From Candidatus Stahliibacteriota bacterium (lineage in GTDB: Bacteria > Hydrothermota > UBA3073 > JACQXS01): DNA of 64,000 nucleotides. Below are positions 30,301 to 41,003 of this stretch, piece after piece. A model generated the notes under the pieces. That model searched no databases and was not told the DNA's origin. It worked only from the letters and a program-made list of their open reading frames with translations. The stretch spans positions 9,160-73,159 of the forward strand of contig JACQXS010000121.1 of assembly GCA_016208615.1 (NCBI GenBank), in the 5' to 3' direction. The position numbers were made by a program, and so were the translations under genes. How positions within the stretch are numbered: position 1 is the stretch's first letter; each line of letters opens with the position of its first letter.

Positions 30301-33300
30301 TTACTCATTTTTATCTTCTTTTATCAATTCTGTCTCTAATCCCAGTGCATTCAATTCTCTTAATAAGACATTAAATGAGAGTGGTTCACGCGGTTCAGGG
30401 AATTTCAACCCCTTAATAATTGACTCATACAATCCTCGTCTACCACTTATATCATCTGATTTAATTGTTAGCATCTCGTCCAAAGTATAGGCAGCCACAT
30501 AACCTTCAAGTGCCCAAACTTCCATTTCACCAAATCTCTGTCCACCCGCCTGTGCCTTACCACCTAAGGGTTGCTGAGTTATCAAGGCGTATGACCCTAT
30601 TGACCGAGCATGCAACTTATCTTCAACCATATGGATAAGTTTCATCATATAAACATAGCCAACTACTACCCGCTCACTAAATTGTTCCCCTGTACGACCG
30701 TCAAATAATATAGTTTTACCATCTTCAGGTAATCCTGCATGTTTTAATTCTGCTTTTATCTCATCTATTGTTGCACCATTAAAGACAGGGGTCACGGCTT
30801 CAAATCCTAATGAATGAGCCGCCCAACCTAAATGGGTTTCAAGAATTTGACCTATGTTCATTCTTGATGGTACGCCAAGCGGATTTAGACAAATATCAAC
30901 AGATGTACCATCTGCCAGATGAGGCATATCTTCACGAGGGACTATTTTAGAAACCGTCCCCTTATTACCATGGCGACCTGATAACTTATCTCCTACCATT
31001 ACTTGTCTGTGCTGAGCCACAAAAATCATTATCTTTTTTAATACACCATGAGATAGCGCATCACCTCGTTCATATTTCTCTATTATCAATTTCTCTTCCT
31101 TTTTAATCTTATTTACATACCTTTCTAAATCCGCTTTCTTTAATTTAGTACGCTTTAGTGCATCTATTAGTTGAGAATTACATTGCCTAATCTTATCTTT
31201 ACGACTTTCCACCTCACGCACATATAACGGGTCTTCACTCTTACGAGATAAAATACGAACATCTATCACTACTCCACGAACACCGCTGGGAACACATAAA
31301 GAAGTGTCTTTTACATCCTGTGCCTTTTCACCAAAAATGGCTTGTAAAAGCTTTTCCTCAGGAGAATATTCACGCTCCCCCTTAGGTGAAATTTTACCCA
31401 CTAAAATATCATCCGCCTCTACCTCCGCACCTATACGGACAACTCCATATTTATCTAAATTACGCAACGCTTCTGGGGGAATATTGGGAATATCAGAAGT
31501 TACCTCCTCAGGTCCAACAGCTGTATCACGAACCTCAACCTCAAATTTTTGAATAGTCACCGAACTAAACGACTCTCGCCGCAAAAGATCCTCAGAAAGA
31601 ACAATAGCATCCTCAAAATTGTACCCACGCCAAGGCAAAAAAGCAACTAACAGATTCTTACCCAAAGCAAGCTTGCCATCTTTCGTAGCCACACCATCGG
31701 CTATTAAGTCACCAGGATTGACGACATCGCCAACCTTAACTCTCACTTGCTGATTGATAGAAGTATCTTGATTTGTGTGCCTGAACTTAATTAGTGGATA
31801 ATAATCTACTCCATCTCCTTCGCTACATTTAACTATTATTTCACTTCCATCTGCCTTTAATACCATTCCTTTATGCTTTGCAACTACAATAGCACGAGAC
31901 CTAACTGCTACCTCTTCCTCTACACCTGTACGCACTATAGGAACTTCTGGAAATAGCAAAGGTACTCCCTGTCTCTGCATATTAGCACCCATTAAGGCAC
32001 GGTCTGCATCATCGTGCTCCAAAAATGGCACAAGAGAAGTGCTAACTGCCACAAATTGACGCGGCGAAATGTCCATATAATTAACTTCATTCGGCTCTAC
32101 TATAGGATAATCACCACGACGCCGCGCCAAAACTAAGGAAGAAGTTATCAGACCTTTGGTATCGGTAGGGGTATTAATCTGGGCAATAGTGAACTTATCT
32201 TCCTCATCTGCGGTTAAATAATCTATTTTGTCCTCTACACGACCTTTTTTTACTCTGTAATATGGAGTCTCTATTTCACCAAACTCATTTATTCGACCGT
32301 ATGTGGCAAGTGAAGTAATAATACCTACATTCTGACCTTCTGGTGTCTCTATTGGACATAAACGACCATACTGAGAGTGATGAACATCACGACTCTCAAG
32401 ACCAGCTGTCTGACGAGTTAGACCCCCAGGCCCTAAGCGCGATACCCTACGCTTATGCGTAAGCTCAGCCAATGGATTAGTCTGCTCCATAAACTGCGAA
32501 AGCTGACTTGTGGAAAAAAAACTATCTAAAACAGCATTTACTACTATAGGATTGATGATAGTACGAGGAGTTATCTTTTCGCTTTCTTTAAGCACCATAC
32601 GCTCACGAACTATCCAGGCTAACCTTGAAAAAGCTATACGAAACTGGTCCTCAAGCAATTCGCCCACACGCCTTAGATGACGATTGCCTAAATGGTCAGG
32701 GTCATCTATTGGCATTTCACCACGATATAAAGAAAACATACCCCGAATAACATTGAGAAAATCATCATTCGTAAGCGAAGTAGAAGTAATCTTAGTACCA
32801 AAGCGACGATTTATCTTATGCCGACCTATCTTATGCAAGTTATACATTGCAGGAGTAAAAAACATTGTGTTGAAAAATGATTGGGCAACACTGACATCAT
32901 GGATGCTTATTCCTTTTAGTAATGAATAGATATGAAGTAATGCCTTATCTTGACTTACATATTTCTCTTTAGCGTATGTAGATAAGATAAGGGGCGGAAA
33001 CTTATCAGTTAAGACTTCTACTTTATCTATTTCAAAATCTATAAAAGTAGCTAATAAATCTTCATCTATCTTGTCACCTGCCCTCGCTATAACTGAGGGA
33101 TCTACTTCTATTTTCTTGCCCTGTTTTTTACCCCTCGCTTGAGGGCGCACCTCTTTTTGCTTCCTTGTTTCGCGTTCCATTCCACTCTTTATAACATCAC
33201 GGGCTAAAACATAGCCAAGCAACCGGGTTGTTTCCTCTACATTGCGGAATTCAGTAGTGAAGAATAACTTTAATATATCCTCTAATTTTTCATACCCAAG

Positions 33301-33903
33301 TGCAAGTAGTAGAGTAGTACACAATATCTTATGTCGCCGAGTAAGTGCTACCCATAAGATGTCATTCATATCAGTAGATAGCTTAATCCACGACCCATGA
33401 TATGGAATTATCTCACCTATGAACAATCTTTTGCCTGAGGGGTGAATTTCTTCAGCATAATAGACCCCGGGGGCACGACGCAATTGGTTCACAATAACCC
33501 GTTCTACTCCATTTATTATGAAAGTACCCCAATCAGTCATTAACGGGAAACGACACAGATATACATTTTGCGTGTTTGATTCACGCATATCGCTATTATC
33601 TTCACGAACAGAGAACTTAAAATCTGCCCTCAAAGGGGCTGAATATGAAATACCGCGCTCTATTGCTTCTTGAGGCGAATAGTCAGGCTTACCTATCGCG
33701 TATGAGATGAACTCCATCCGATACCGAGAACGAGAATCCTCTATTGGAAAAGCTTCATGAAATACTCCTTGTAAGCCCTCTGATTTACGCTGATCTGGTG
33801 GAACTTCAAGTTGTAGAAATTTGTTCCAAGACTCAAGTTGTACACCAATTAAATCGCCTATTAATCCAGGTTTCTCTTTTATTTTATCATACCTTTTTAT
33901 CAT
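30301..33903 (-). CDS. rpoB: RNA polymerase beta subunit
   Basis: CPIETPEG, GDKLSGRHGNKG, GGQRFGEME; start at ATG 33903 after AGGAG. Confidence 0.99.
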   Translation of the reverse strand: MIKRYDKIKEKPGLIGDLIGVQLESWNKFLQLEVPPDQRKSEGLQGVFHEAFPIEDSRSRYRMEFISYAIGKPDYSPQEAIERGISYSAPLRADFKFSVREDNSDMRESNTQNVYLCRFPLMTDWGTFIINGVERVIVNQLRRAPGVYYAEEIHPSGKRLFIGEIIPYHGSWIKLSTDMNDILWVALTRRHKILCTTLLLALGYEKLEDILKLFFTTEFRNVEETTRLLGYVLARDVIKSGMERETRKQKEVRPQARGKKQGKKIEVDPSVIARAGDKIDEDLLATFIDFEIDKVEVLTDKFPPLILSTYAKEKYVSQDKALLHIYSLLKGISIHDVSVAQSFFNTMFFTPAMYNLHKIGRHKINRRFGTKITSTSLTNDDFLNVIRGMFSLYRGEMPIDDPDHLGNRHLRRVGELLEDQFRIAFSRLAWIVRERMVLKESEKITPRTIINPIVVNAVLDSFFSTSQLSQFMEQTNPLAELTHKRRVSRLGPGGLTRQTAGLESRDVHHSQYGRLCPIETPEGQNVGIITSLATYGRINEFGEIETPYYRVKKGRVEDKIDYLTADEEDKFTIAQINTPTDTKGLITSSLVLARRRGDYPIVEPNEVNYMDISPRQFVAVSTSLVPFLEHDDADRALMGANMQRQGVPLLFPEVPIVRTGVEEEVAVRSRAIVVAKHKGMVLKADGSEIIVKCSEGDGVDYYPLIKFRHTNQDTSINQQVRVKVGDVVNPGDLIADGVATKDGKLALGKNLLVAFLPWRGYNFEDAIVLSEDLLRRESFSSVTIQKFEVEVRDTAVGPEEVTSDIPNIPPEALRNLDKYGVVRIGAEVEADDILVGKISPKGEREYSPEEKLLQAIFGEKAQDVKDTSLCVPSGVRGVVIDVRILSRKSEDPLYVREVESRKDKIRQCNSQLIDALKRTKLKKADLERYVNKIKKEEKLIIEKYERGDALSHGVLKKIMIFVAQHRQVMVGDKLSGRHGNKGTVSKIVPREDMPHLADGTSVDICLNPLGVPSRMNIGQILETHLGWAAHSLGFEAVTPVFNGATIDEIKAELKHAGLPEDGKTILFDGRTGEQFSERVVVGYVYMMKLIHMVEDKLHARSIGSYALITQQPLGGKAQAGGQRFGEMEVWALEGYVAAYTLDEMLTIKSDDISGRRGLYESIIKGLKFPEPREPLSFNVLLRELNALGLETELIKEDKNE

Positions 33904-34297
33904 AAAATCTCCTATGAGCCAGAGACTCATCAGCCTCCGGCTGATAAACTAAATCTGTTTTATACTTATAGCGCCCCGTAATATCAAAATGTGAAGAAGA
34001 AATAAAATAACCCCTTCTTTTTCTTCTGTTTTATGCCGGTTGTAGCAAAGCAAAAATCCCGATTGCCCCGCTCCAGCGGTGGCTCCGGCGAGATAGTAAG
34101 AGTGCTTTGATAAAATCATATCTTAAATCTATACAAAAATATGAAAACTCTCTTTAACTGTGGTTTATACAGCTCTAAGTATCTATATTTTATATGGGAA
34201 AAACTTTTATTTTTTCATAAACCTCCACAATAATTTTGAAGTTTATTACACATTTTTAAGAAGTCAAGTAAAAAAATACATAAAAATGCATAAAAAA

Positions 34298-34753
34298 TTA
34301 TTTTGTCCCATTTCCTTGTTGGAGCGGAGCGGAAATCCCGCTCTGGCGGGACTGCTGCCTATAAAGTTCAACTATTGGTAAGCAGGTAGAGAATCTTTCC
34401 TTGCCTTTGGAGGGCCATTTTTTAAACCATTCTACTCCAGGTATACCGGGGAAGCCCCAACAATAATTGTGAGCATAATCTACTTTGCGAAATTTGACAG
34501 GCAATCCAAGAATACGGAGCTTATGAATATAATAGCCCGTTTCAAAAAATTCATCCGTGTAGTATAAAAAATTACCCCTTTCAACCCTAAAGCCATCTGC
34601 CAATAATTCATAGCGCTCCTCTTCAAAATGCCAACCCTGTTTTATTTCTATTTTACCATCTGTATAATAAAAGTCAGCCGCCTGCCGCCTATAAATATAA
34701 AAGCCGATACTTGCCACAAAAATAAGAACTAAAAATACTAATAACTTCCACAT
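34298..34753 (-). CDS. Hypothetical membrane-anchored protein; C-terminus runs through a repeat element
   Basis: N-terminal hydrophobic helix; TTGACA at 34797-34792 on minus strand. Confidence 0.55.
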   Translation of the reverse strand: MWKLLVFLVLIFVASIGFYIYRRQAADFYYTDGKIEIKQGWHFEEERYELLADGFRVERGNFLYYTDEFFETGYYIHKLRILGLPVKFRKVDYAHNYCWGFPGIPGVEWFKKWPSKGKERFSTCLPIVELYRQQSRQSGISAPLQQGNGTK

Positions 34754-34843
34754 CTCTTAATTTTGTAATAGTTTATCTATTCTGAGGTAGATGTCAAGAA
34801 AAAAGTTGACTTTTTGGCATCTACGACATATTTTGTTCCTTAA

Positions 34844-35698
34844 ATGAAATTAATAGTATCTGCGCCTCCTCATATACATAAAAATATATCCATCTCGCGA
34901 ATAATGTATACGGTAGTATTAGCATTAGTACCAACATTATGTTGGGCAGTGTATTTATTTGGGCTACCCGTATTGTATATTGTTATTATTTCTTGTGTCT
35001 CGGCTATAGCCACTGAGGCACTGGCACAAATAATAATGAAACGAAAGATTACAGCATTAGATGGTAGTGCCTTACTTACCGGGCTACTACTTGCATTTAT
35101 TTTGCCACCCAATTCACCGTTCTGGCTACCTGTAATTGGTTCTGTATTTGCTATACTTATAGTCAAACAAGTATTCGGCGGACTGGGATGTAATCTCATA
35201 AATCCCGCACTTGCTGGTCGGGCATTGCTTGTAATATTAGCCCCAAAAATTATGTCCAATACTCCAATTATAGGAAACATACTTTTAGATACTAAATGTA
35301 TTAGTGAAGTAGCTGTATTATTAATAGGTGGGCTGTTCCTTATCAAAATAAAATATATTGATTGGCGTATTCCTTTGGCATATATAGGAACAGTAGGTAT
35401 ATTGACGGAAGTCTTTTATCTATTAGGAATAACTAAAATAAATGGTCTATTCCATATCCTTGTTGGTGGATTAGTTTTAGGTGCTTTCTTCATGGCAACT
35501 GATTATGTTACCTCGCCTATAACTCGCAAAGGTAGATGCATATTTGGAATAGGGTGCGGAATAATAACTGCTATTTTAAGAATATGGCTACCATTTCTTG
35601 ACGGAATGTGCTATGCTATATTAGTTATGAATTGCTTAGTCCCACTTATTGATAGGATGTCAATATGTAGGAGCGATGCGGTGCATCACTCAAAATAA
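34844..35698 (+). CDS. rnfD: RnfD/NqrB-family membrane protein, shortened
   Basis: SAPPH, DGSALLTGLLLA, KQVFGGLG.N..NPALAGR, AFFMATDYVTSP. Confidence 0.88.
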   Translation: MKLIVSAPPHIHKNISISRIMYTVVLALVPTLCWAVYLFGLPVLYIVIISCVSAIATEALAQIIMKRKITALDGSALLTGLLLAFILPPNSPFWLPVIGSVFAILIVKQVFGGLGCNLINPALAGRALLVILAPKIMSNTPIIGNILLDTKCISEVAVLLIGGLFLIKIKYIDWRIPLAYIGTVGILTEVFYLLGITKINGLFHILVGGLVLGAFFMATDYVTSPITRKGRCIFGIGCGIITAILRIWLPFLDGMCYAILVMNCLVPLIDRMSICRSDAVHHSK

Positions 35699-36954
35699 TG
35701 AACGAAACAATTGGAAATTTATTACCCGTATGGACTGTAATTCCTTTTATTGTATTACTTCTTAGTATTGCCATTTTGCCATTGACGGTTGAGCATTTCT
35801 GGGAGAAAAATCATAATAAAGCAATAATAGCCGCAATTATTTCACTCCCCGTAATAGTGATTTTTGGGCTTTATGGTGATTTCCAACCTATAGTTCACGA
35901 ACTAAAAGAATATTTTTCATTCATCGTTTTACTTGCCTCACTATTCATTATCTCTGGTGGAATATATTTAAGTGGCGATATTCAAGGTACGCCGTGTAAT
36001 AATCTTATTTTTCTTGCGATTGGTGGTATTATTGCCAATATCTTTGGAACAACAGGTGCCGCTATGCTTTTAATTAGACCTATGTTGAGAATAAATAGCC
36101 AAAGAAAATATACTCCTCATCTTCCTATATTCTTTATTTTTATTGTCTGCAATATCGGAGGCTGCCTATTACCCATAGGCGACCCACCTCTATTTATGGG
36201 CTATTTAAGAGGGGTGCCTTTCTTTTGGACCCTTCGCCTTTTACCGCAATGGTCATTTATGATGGTACTAATACTAACTACTTTCTATTTATTTGACTTA
36301 CACTTCTGGCGCAAGGAAACTATAGAAACAAAAGAGTTAGATAACTTAGAAATTGAGAAAATGGGGCTGCATGGGAAAATAAATTTAATTTTCATCACCC
36401 TCGTCTTGGCAAGCGTTATCTATCTCTCTACGCCTATACGAGAAATAGGAATGATTGTGCTTGCTCTACTTTCTTTATTATTTACTCCAAAAGCTGTGCG
36501 TGCAAAAAATGAATTTAATTTTGCACCTATTGTTGAAGTAGCGGTAATTTTTGCAGGTATATTTATAACTATGGTACCTGCATTACTAATACTTGAGGCA
36601 CAAGCAGGAGAAATAGGTATCTCATTACCTTGGCACTTTTTCTGGACTACGGGAATATTGTCATCTTTTCTTGACAATACGCCAACATATATTACCATGC
36701 TTTCACTGGCACAAGGATTTTTTAATATGCCACACGAAATAGTGGGAGTGCCAATTAAAATATTGACCGCTATTTCATTAGGGGCAGTTTTTATGGGAGC
36801 TAATACTTATATTGGGAATGGTCCTAACTTTATGGTCAAAAGTATATGCGAACATAAAAAAATCCAAATACCATCTTTCTTTGGATATATGATGTGGTCA
36901 GGCAGCATATTAATTCCATTATTTATCATTGTAACTTTAGTTTTCTTAAAATAA
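35698..36954 (+). CDS. Ion transporter superfamily permease (putative Na+/H+ antiporter or citrate transporter)
   Basis: IGDPPLFMGYLRGVPFFWT, SSFLDNTPTY, TYIGNGPNFMVK. Confidence 0.8.
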   Translation: MNETIGNLLPVWTVIPFIVLLLSIAILPLTVEHFWEKNHNKAIIAAIISLPVIVIFGLYGDFQPIVHELKEYFSFIVLLASLFIISGGIYLSGDIQGTPCNNLIFLAIGGIIANIFGTTGAAMLLIRPMLRINSQRKYTPHLPIFFIFIVCNIGGCLLPIGDPPLFMGYLRGVPFFWTLRLLPQWSFMMVLILTTFYLFDLHFWRKETIETKELDNLEIEKMGLHGKINLIFITLVLASVIYLSTPIREIGMIVLALLSLLFTPKAVRAKNEFNFAPIVEVAVIFAGIFITMVPALLILEAQAGEIGISLPWHFFWTTGILSSFLDNTPTYITMLSLAQGFFNMPHEIVGVPIKILTAISLGAVFMGANTYIGNGPNFMVKSICEHKKIQIPSFFGYMMWSGSILIPLFIIVTLVFLK

Positions 36955-36967
36955 TATCAGTGTGACT

Positions 36968-37282
36968 ATGGCAGAAGATAAAAATTTAATAAAGATAAAG
37001 GAGGTAATAAAAAATATTTTCCCGGATAATAGAATAATTTTATTTGGCTCTCGGGGTAGGGGTAATTTTGATAGATTGAGTGATTATGATATCTTGGTCA
37101 TAGTTAAGCAGAATTTGAGTATTAAAGAAAAACGACAGTTTGCAAGTAAGATAACAAACAAGTTAGCATCTATGTTGATAGCAACTGATGTAATTATTAA
37201 AACAGAAAAAGATGTGAATTATTATCAAGATAAAATAGGCAGTGTAGTTAGAGAGGCGGTAAGGGAAGGAATGTACATATGA
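36968..37282 (+). CDS. Minimal nucleotidyltransferase (MNT)
   Basis: ILFGSRGRG..SDYDILV. Confidence 0.9.
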   Translation: MAEDKNLIKIKEVIKNIFPDNRIILFGSRGRGNFDRLSDYDILVIVKQNLSIKEKRQFASKITNKLASMLIATDVIIKTEKDVNYYQDKIGSVVREAVREGMYI

Positions 37283-37665
37283 TAGACGAATATATTAAAG
37301 GATGGTTAGATAAAGCAGATAAAGATTTAAAGGCAGTAGAACACGAATTAAGTTTCCCACAAGAAGAAATACTGAGAGATATAGTATGTTTTCACTGCCA
37401 ACAGGCAGTAGAAAAATATTTAAAGGGGTTCTTAATCTATCATAAGACAGAATTTTTACGAACACATGATATAAAATACTTATTAGAGAAATGTGCTATT
37501 ATTGATAAGGACTTTGCCTATCTTGAAATAAAAGAACTATCCAGTTTTGCAGTAGAAGTTCGGTATCCAGATGATTTATACATTCCTGATATGGGAGAAG
37601 TAAATTTTTATTATGAACTAACAAAAAGAATTAAAGAATTAGTGCTCACAAAACTAAGGATATAA
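37279..37665 (+). CDS. HEPN domain protein (MNT partner)
   Basis: FHCQQAVEKYLK, RTHDI, VEVRYP. Confidence 0.9.
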   Translation: MIDEYIKGWLDKADKDLKAVEHELSFPQEEILRDIVCFHCQQAVEKYLKGFLIYHKTEFLRTHDIKYLLEKCAIIDKDFAYLEIKELSSFAVEVRYPDDLYIPDMGEVNFYYELTKRIKELVLTKLRI

Positions 37666-37671
37666 AGAGAA

Positions 37672-39351
37672 ATGATTTTGGCTGTAGTTGTAGTTGCAAT
37701 TTTAGTGCTTTTTATCGGGTATCGGGTTTATGGTAATTTCTTATCTCGCCAATTTAATCTAACTAATACCCATCCTACTCCTGCGGTCCAATTTAATGAT
37801 GGTATAGATTATGTGCCTGCTCACCCCACATTGCTTTTGGGACAACACTTTTCAGCTATTGCGGCCGCAGGTCCTATTGTCGGTCCAATACTTGCGGGTA
37901 TATGGTTTGGCTGGCTACCTGCCTTATTATGGATACTATTAGGGTCAATCTTCATTGGCGGAGTACACGATTTTACATCTCTTGTGGCTTCCATCCGGCA
38001 TAAAGCAGCCTCTATAGGCGAAATAGTGAAACAAAATATGTCCCGAACAGCTCATATCTTGTTTTTAATTTTTGTCTGGGCTTGCCTAATTTATGTGATA
38101 ATTGCATTCACAGACATTACGGCACAGACTTTCAAAACTACTTCCGCTTATACTGCTTTTGGGGCAGGAGTGGCAGGGTCATCTGTACTTTATATTATTG
38201 CAGCTATGGTAATGGGTATCTTTTTATACAAGTTCAAACTCAAATTGTGGCTAACAACACTTATATTTTTGCCTATCGTATTATTTATTATCTGGATTGG
38301 CCCACACCTGCCGAAGTCTATTTTGTCTTTCTTGCAGGAGCTACCAGTTAAGCAGTGGCATATATTTTTATTACTCTACTGTTTTATCGCCTCAATTATT
38401 CCTATGTGGCTATTATTACAGCCACGCGGATATCTGGGTGGATGGCTACTTTATCTCATTATTGCCATTTCCTTGATTGGTGTATTATTTGGCAGATTTG
38501 AAATCGGGTATCCTGCTTTTAAGCTCGTGGGATTAAAAAGTGTTGTCAACGGGAACCCTATTTTCCCTATTCTATTTATCACCATAGCTTGTGGTGCCTG
38601 CTCCGGATTCCATGGTATTGTGTGTTCCGGCACCACTTCAAAGCAACTTGCCCGCGAAACGGATGCTAAAATTATAGGACTTGGCGGAATGTTGCTTGAA
38701 GGACTGGTAGCAGTGCTGGCATTAGCTACTCTAATGATATTGCCACAAAAAATTGACCTCACTTATACTGACCCGAATCTAATCTATGCTAATGGGATTG
38801 CCCGTTATATGGGACTTATAGGAGTAGGATTTAATATTGCTTTCCCGTTTGCTTTGCTTGCATTTTCTACTTTTGTGTATGATACTCTTGATGTCTGCAC
38901 TCGTCTGGCAAGATATGTATTTCAGGAAATTACAGGACTACGCACAAGACTTGGCGGCGTAATTGCAACCGTAATAAGCTTATCTATACCGCTCGCATTT
39001 CTGATGACTACACAAGAGAAGGGCTATCTTGTAGCGTGGCAGATATTTGGGACAAGTAATCAGCTTTTGGCAAGTCTAATACTTCTCGCAGTCTCAGTAT
39101 GGCTAATCAAGAGTGGCAAAAAAGTAATTTACACTATCTTGCCTATGTGCTTTATGCTGGTAATGACATTTTGGTCATTGGGACTAAAAATTCTATCCCT
39201 TGTAGATAATTTACCTGCTTGGATTAGCGGTCAGCATATAAAACCTGATATTGTGATTTCAGGCATCACAAGTAGCATACTTTTTACACTAAGTCTATGC
39301 TTAGTACTTGAAGCAGTAAGGGTATTGAGATTAAAAAAAGGAGCAAAATGA
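37672..39351 (+). CDS. cstA: Carbon starvation CstA-family transporter
   Basis: GQHFSAIAAAGPIVGP, ITIACGACSGFH, WQIFGTSNQLLA. Confidence 0.92.
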   Translation: MILAVVVVAILVLFIGYRVYGNFLSRQFNLTNTHPTPAVQFNDGIDYVPAHPTLLLGQHFSAIAAAGPIVGPILAGIWFGWLPALLWILLGSIFIGGVHDFTSLVASIRHKAASIGEIVKQNMSRTAHILFLIFVWACLIYVIIAFTDITAQTFKTTSAYTAFGAGVAGSSVLYIIAAMVMGIFLYKFKLKLWLTTLIFLPIVLFIIWIGPHLPKSILSFLQELPVKQWHIFLLLYCFIASIIPMWLLLQPRGYLGGWLLYLIIAISLIGVLFGRFEIGYPAFKLVGLKSVVNGNPIFPILFITIACGACSGFHGIVCSGTTSKQLARETDAKIIGLGGMLLEGLVAVLALATLMILPQKIDLTYTDPNLIYANGIARYMGLIGVGFNIAFPFALLAFSTFVYDTLDVCTRLARYVFQEITGLRTRLGGVIATVISLSIPLAFLMTTQEKGYLVAWQIFGTSNQLLASLILLAVSVWLIKSGKKVIYTILPMCFMLVMTFWSLGLKILSLVDNLPAWISGQHIKPDIVISGITSSILFTLSLCLVLEAVRVLRLKKGAK

Positions 39352-39908
39352 TACAAGAAGCTAAAAAGCTAATTCCTAAAAAGCTATTATTAGTAATCTG
39401 CCTATTGTGTCTTCCAATACTTTTAGTATCCGGGAGTAAACCCCCTATACAAAAGATAGATAAGAAACGCGAATTAGAGATGAAATTACTAAATATGCTA
39501 ACAAACGATAGTGCTCATATAGGAATAGTTAAATTTAAGCCCATAGTTGCTGATACTGTATGGGCTGTACTTGATACCGCAGATAGTCAGATAGGAATAG
39601 TGTTTAGAGTTTTCCCAAAAGGATATAGTGGAGTAATTGAAACTTATGTAGGGTTGGATATGGATACTACGGTTATGGGAATAAGAACAGCAACACCAGC
39701 AGAAGGGCTAAAAGAGACACCGGGATTAGGGGACAAGATAAATGAAACCGAATTTAAGTCTCAATTCATAGGTAAAAAGGAAAAAGAGATTCGATTAAAA
39801 AAGGATGGCGGTACCCTTGATGCTATAACAGGAGCGACTATTTCAGCCCAAGCCGTTGCTGACGGAGTAAGAAAAGGGATAAAAAGTCATAAAAAATACC
39901 TACACTAA
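39348..39908 (+). CDS. RnfG-like FMN-binding protein
   Basis: KGYSG, ETPGLGDKI, DAITGATIS flavinylation motif. Confidence 0.88.
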   Translation: MIQEAKKLIPKKLLLVICLLCLPILLVSGSKPPIQKIDKKRELEMKLLNMLTNDSAHIGIVKFKPIVADTVWAVLDTADSQIGIVFRVFPKGYSGVIETYVGLDMDTTVMGIRTATPAEGLKETPGLGDKINETEFKSQFIGKKEKEIRLKKDGGTLDAITGATISAQAVADGVRKGIKSHKKYLH

Positions 39909-39945
39909 TTTATATCCACCTTTCTATATTACTAAGCATTAACTA

Positions 39946-40971
39946 ATGGAACTCAATAAGGGTACATTTTCACAAATAAAGGTTGGAGCAAAAGCTTTTT
40001 TGATAATTACAGTTATTAGCATTACTGCTATTTTAGTCATTACTGCCAAAAAAGAAACCCTATCCAGTCTGCATCAAATAAGTCCATTTTTCCTATCTCT
40101 TGCTCTATTTACTTGTCTTCTACGGATGTACCTTGAGTGCCTGAGACTCCAAACTCTTACTTGGGCGTTTGGGAATTGGCTTGACTTCAAGTCAAGTACC
40201 GATTTTACCATAGGTGGCTACTTCCTTACGCTTACTCCTTTTGGGGCAGGTGGATTGCCATTGCAAATTTATATCCTTATGCGGAAGAAGTTTTCATTTG
40301 GCGAATCCAGTGCTATTATAGGGATGAGAGGGATTACGGGACTTGTTGCCTTTGCATTATTAGGCATACCTGCATTAAAGATTGCGCAACATACATTTAT
40401 AGGAGGCACAGGCATAAAAATTCTTTCCCGTTATCTATTAATACTTTACAGCATATTTTTTACTCTACTTATTTTAGTAATGGCAAAAACAGACTGGGTT
40501 AAATATCGTCTCTCGCGGTGGAATAAATTTTTCATCCGCCGCAAGAAATATAGGATGGCAGATTTTTTGGGCAACAAGGTATCTAATGAAATAGATAGAT
40601 TTAAGACTGGGCTAAAAACCAGTTGTCGTCAAGGCACATATAAACTAATACTTACGATTTTTCTCTCCTGTCTCTCGTTATTTATTTATACTCTCATAGC
40701 CCCGCTTATATTCATTGGACTTGGCATTGATGTCCCTATTATAGAGACGGCAATAATTCAGTTAGTTTTAACATTTGTGCTGATGTTTGCCCCAACTCCC
40801 GGTGGATCAGGTATTGCTGAGGGTATAGGGGTAGCAATTTTTAGAGATATATGCACTAAACCCGAATTACTCGGCGTATATGTAGTTTTGTGGAGATTCT
40901 TCTCTTACTATACAGGCGTAATACTTGGTGGCTTTATTATTTTACGAATGTTAGTCATAAAAAAGAATTGA
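39946..40971 (+). CDS. Lysylphosphatidylglycerol synthase TM/flippase-like protein
   Basis: TPFGAGGLPLQ, PTPGGSGIAE, WRFFSYY. Confidence 0.85.
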   Translation: MELNKGTFSQIKVGAKAFLIITVISITAILVITAKKETLSSLHQISPFFLSLALFTCLLRMYLECLRLQTLTWAFGNWLDFKSSTDFTIGGYFLTLTPFGAGGLPLQIYILMRKKFSFGESSAIIGMRGITGLVAFALLGIPALKIAQHTFIGGTGIKILSRYLLILYSIFFTLLILVMAKTDWVKYRLSRWNKFFIRRKKYRMADFLGNKVSNEIDRFKTGLKTSCRQGTYKLILTIFLSCLSLFIYTLIAPLIFIGLGIDVPIIETAIIQLVLTFVLMFAPTPGGSGIAEGIGVAIFRDICTKPELLGVYVVLWRFFSYYTGVILGGFIILRMLVIKKN

Positions 40972-41003
40972 CAAGAGTAAATAATGTCATATCATAACTT
41001 ATT

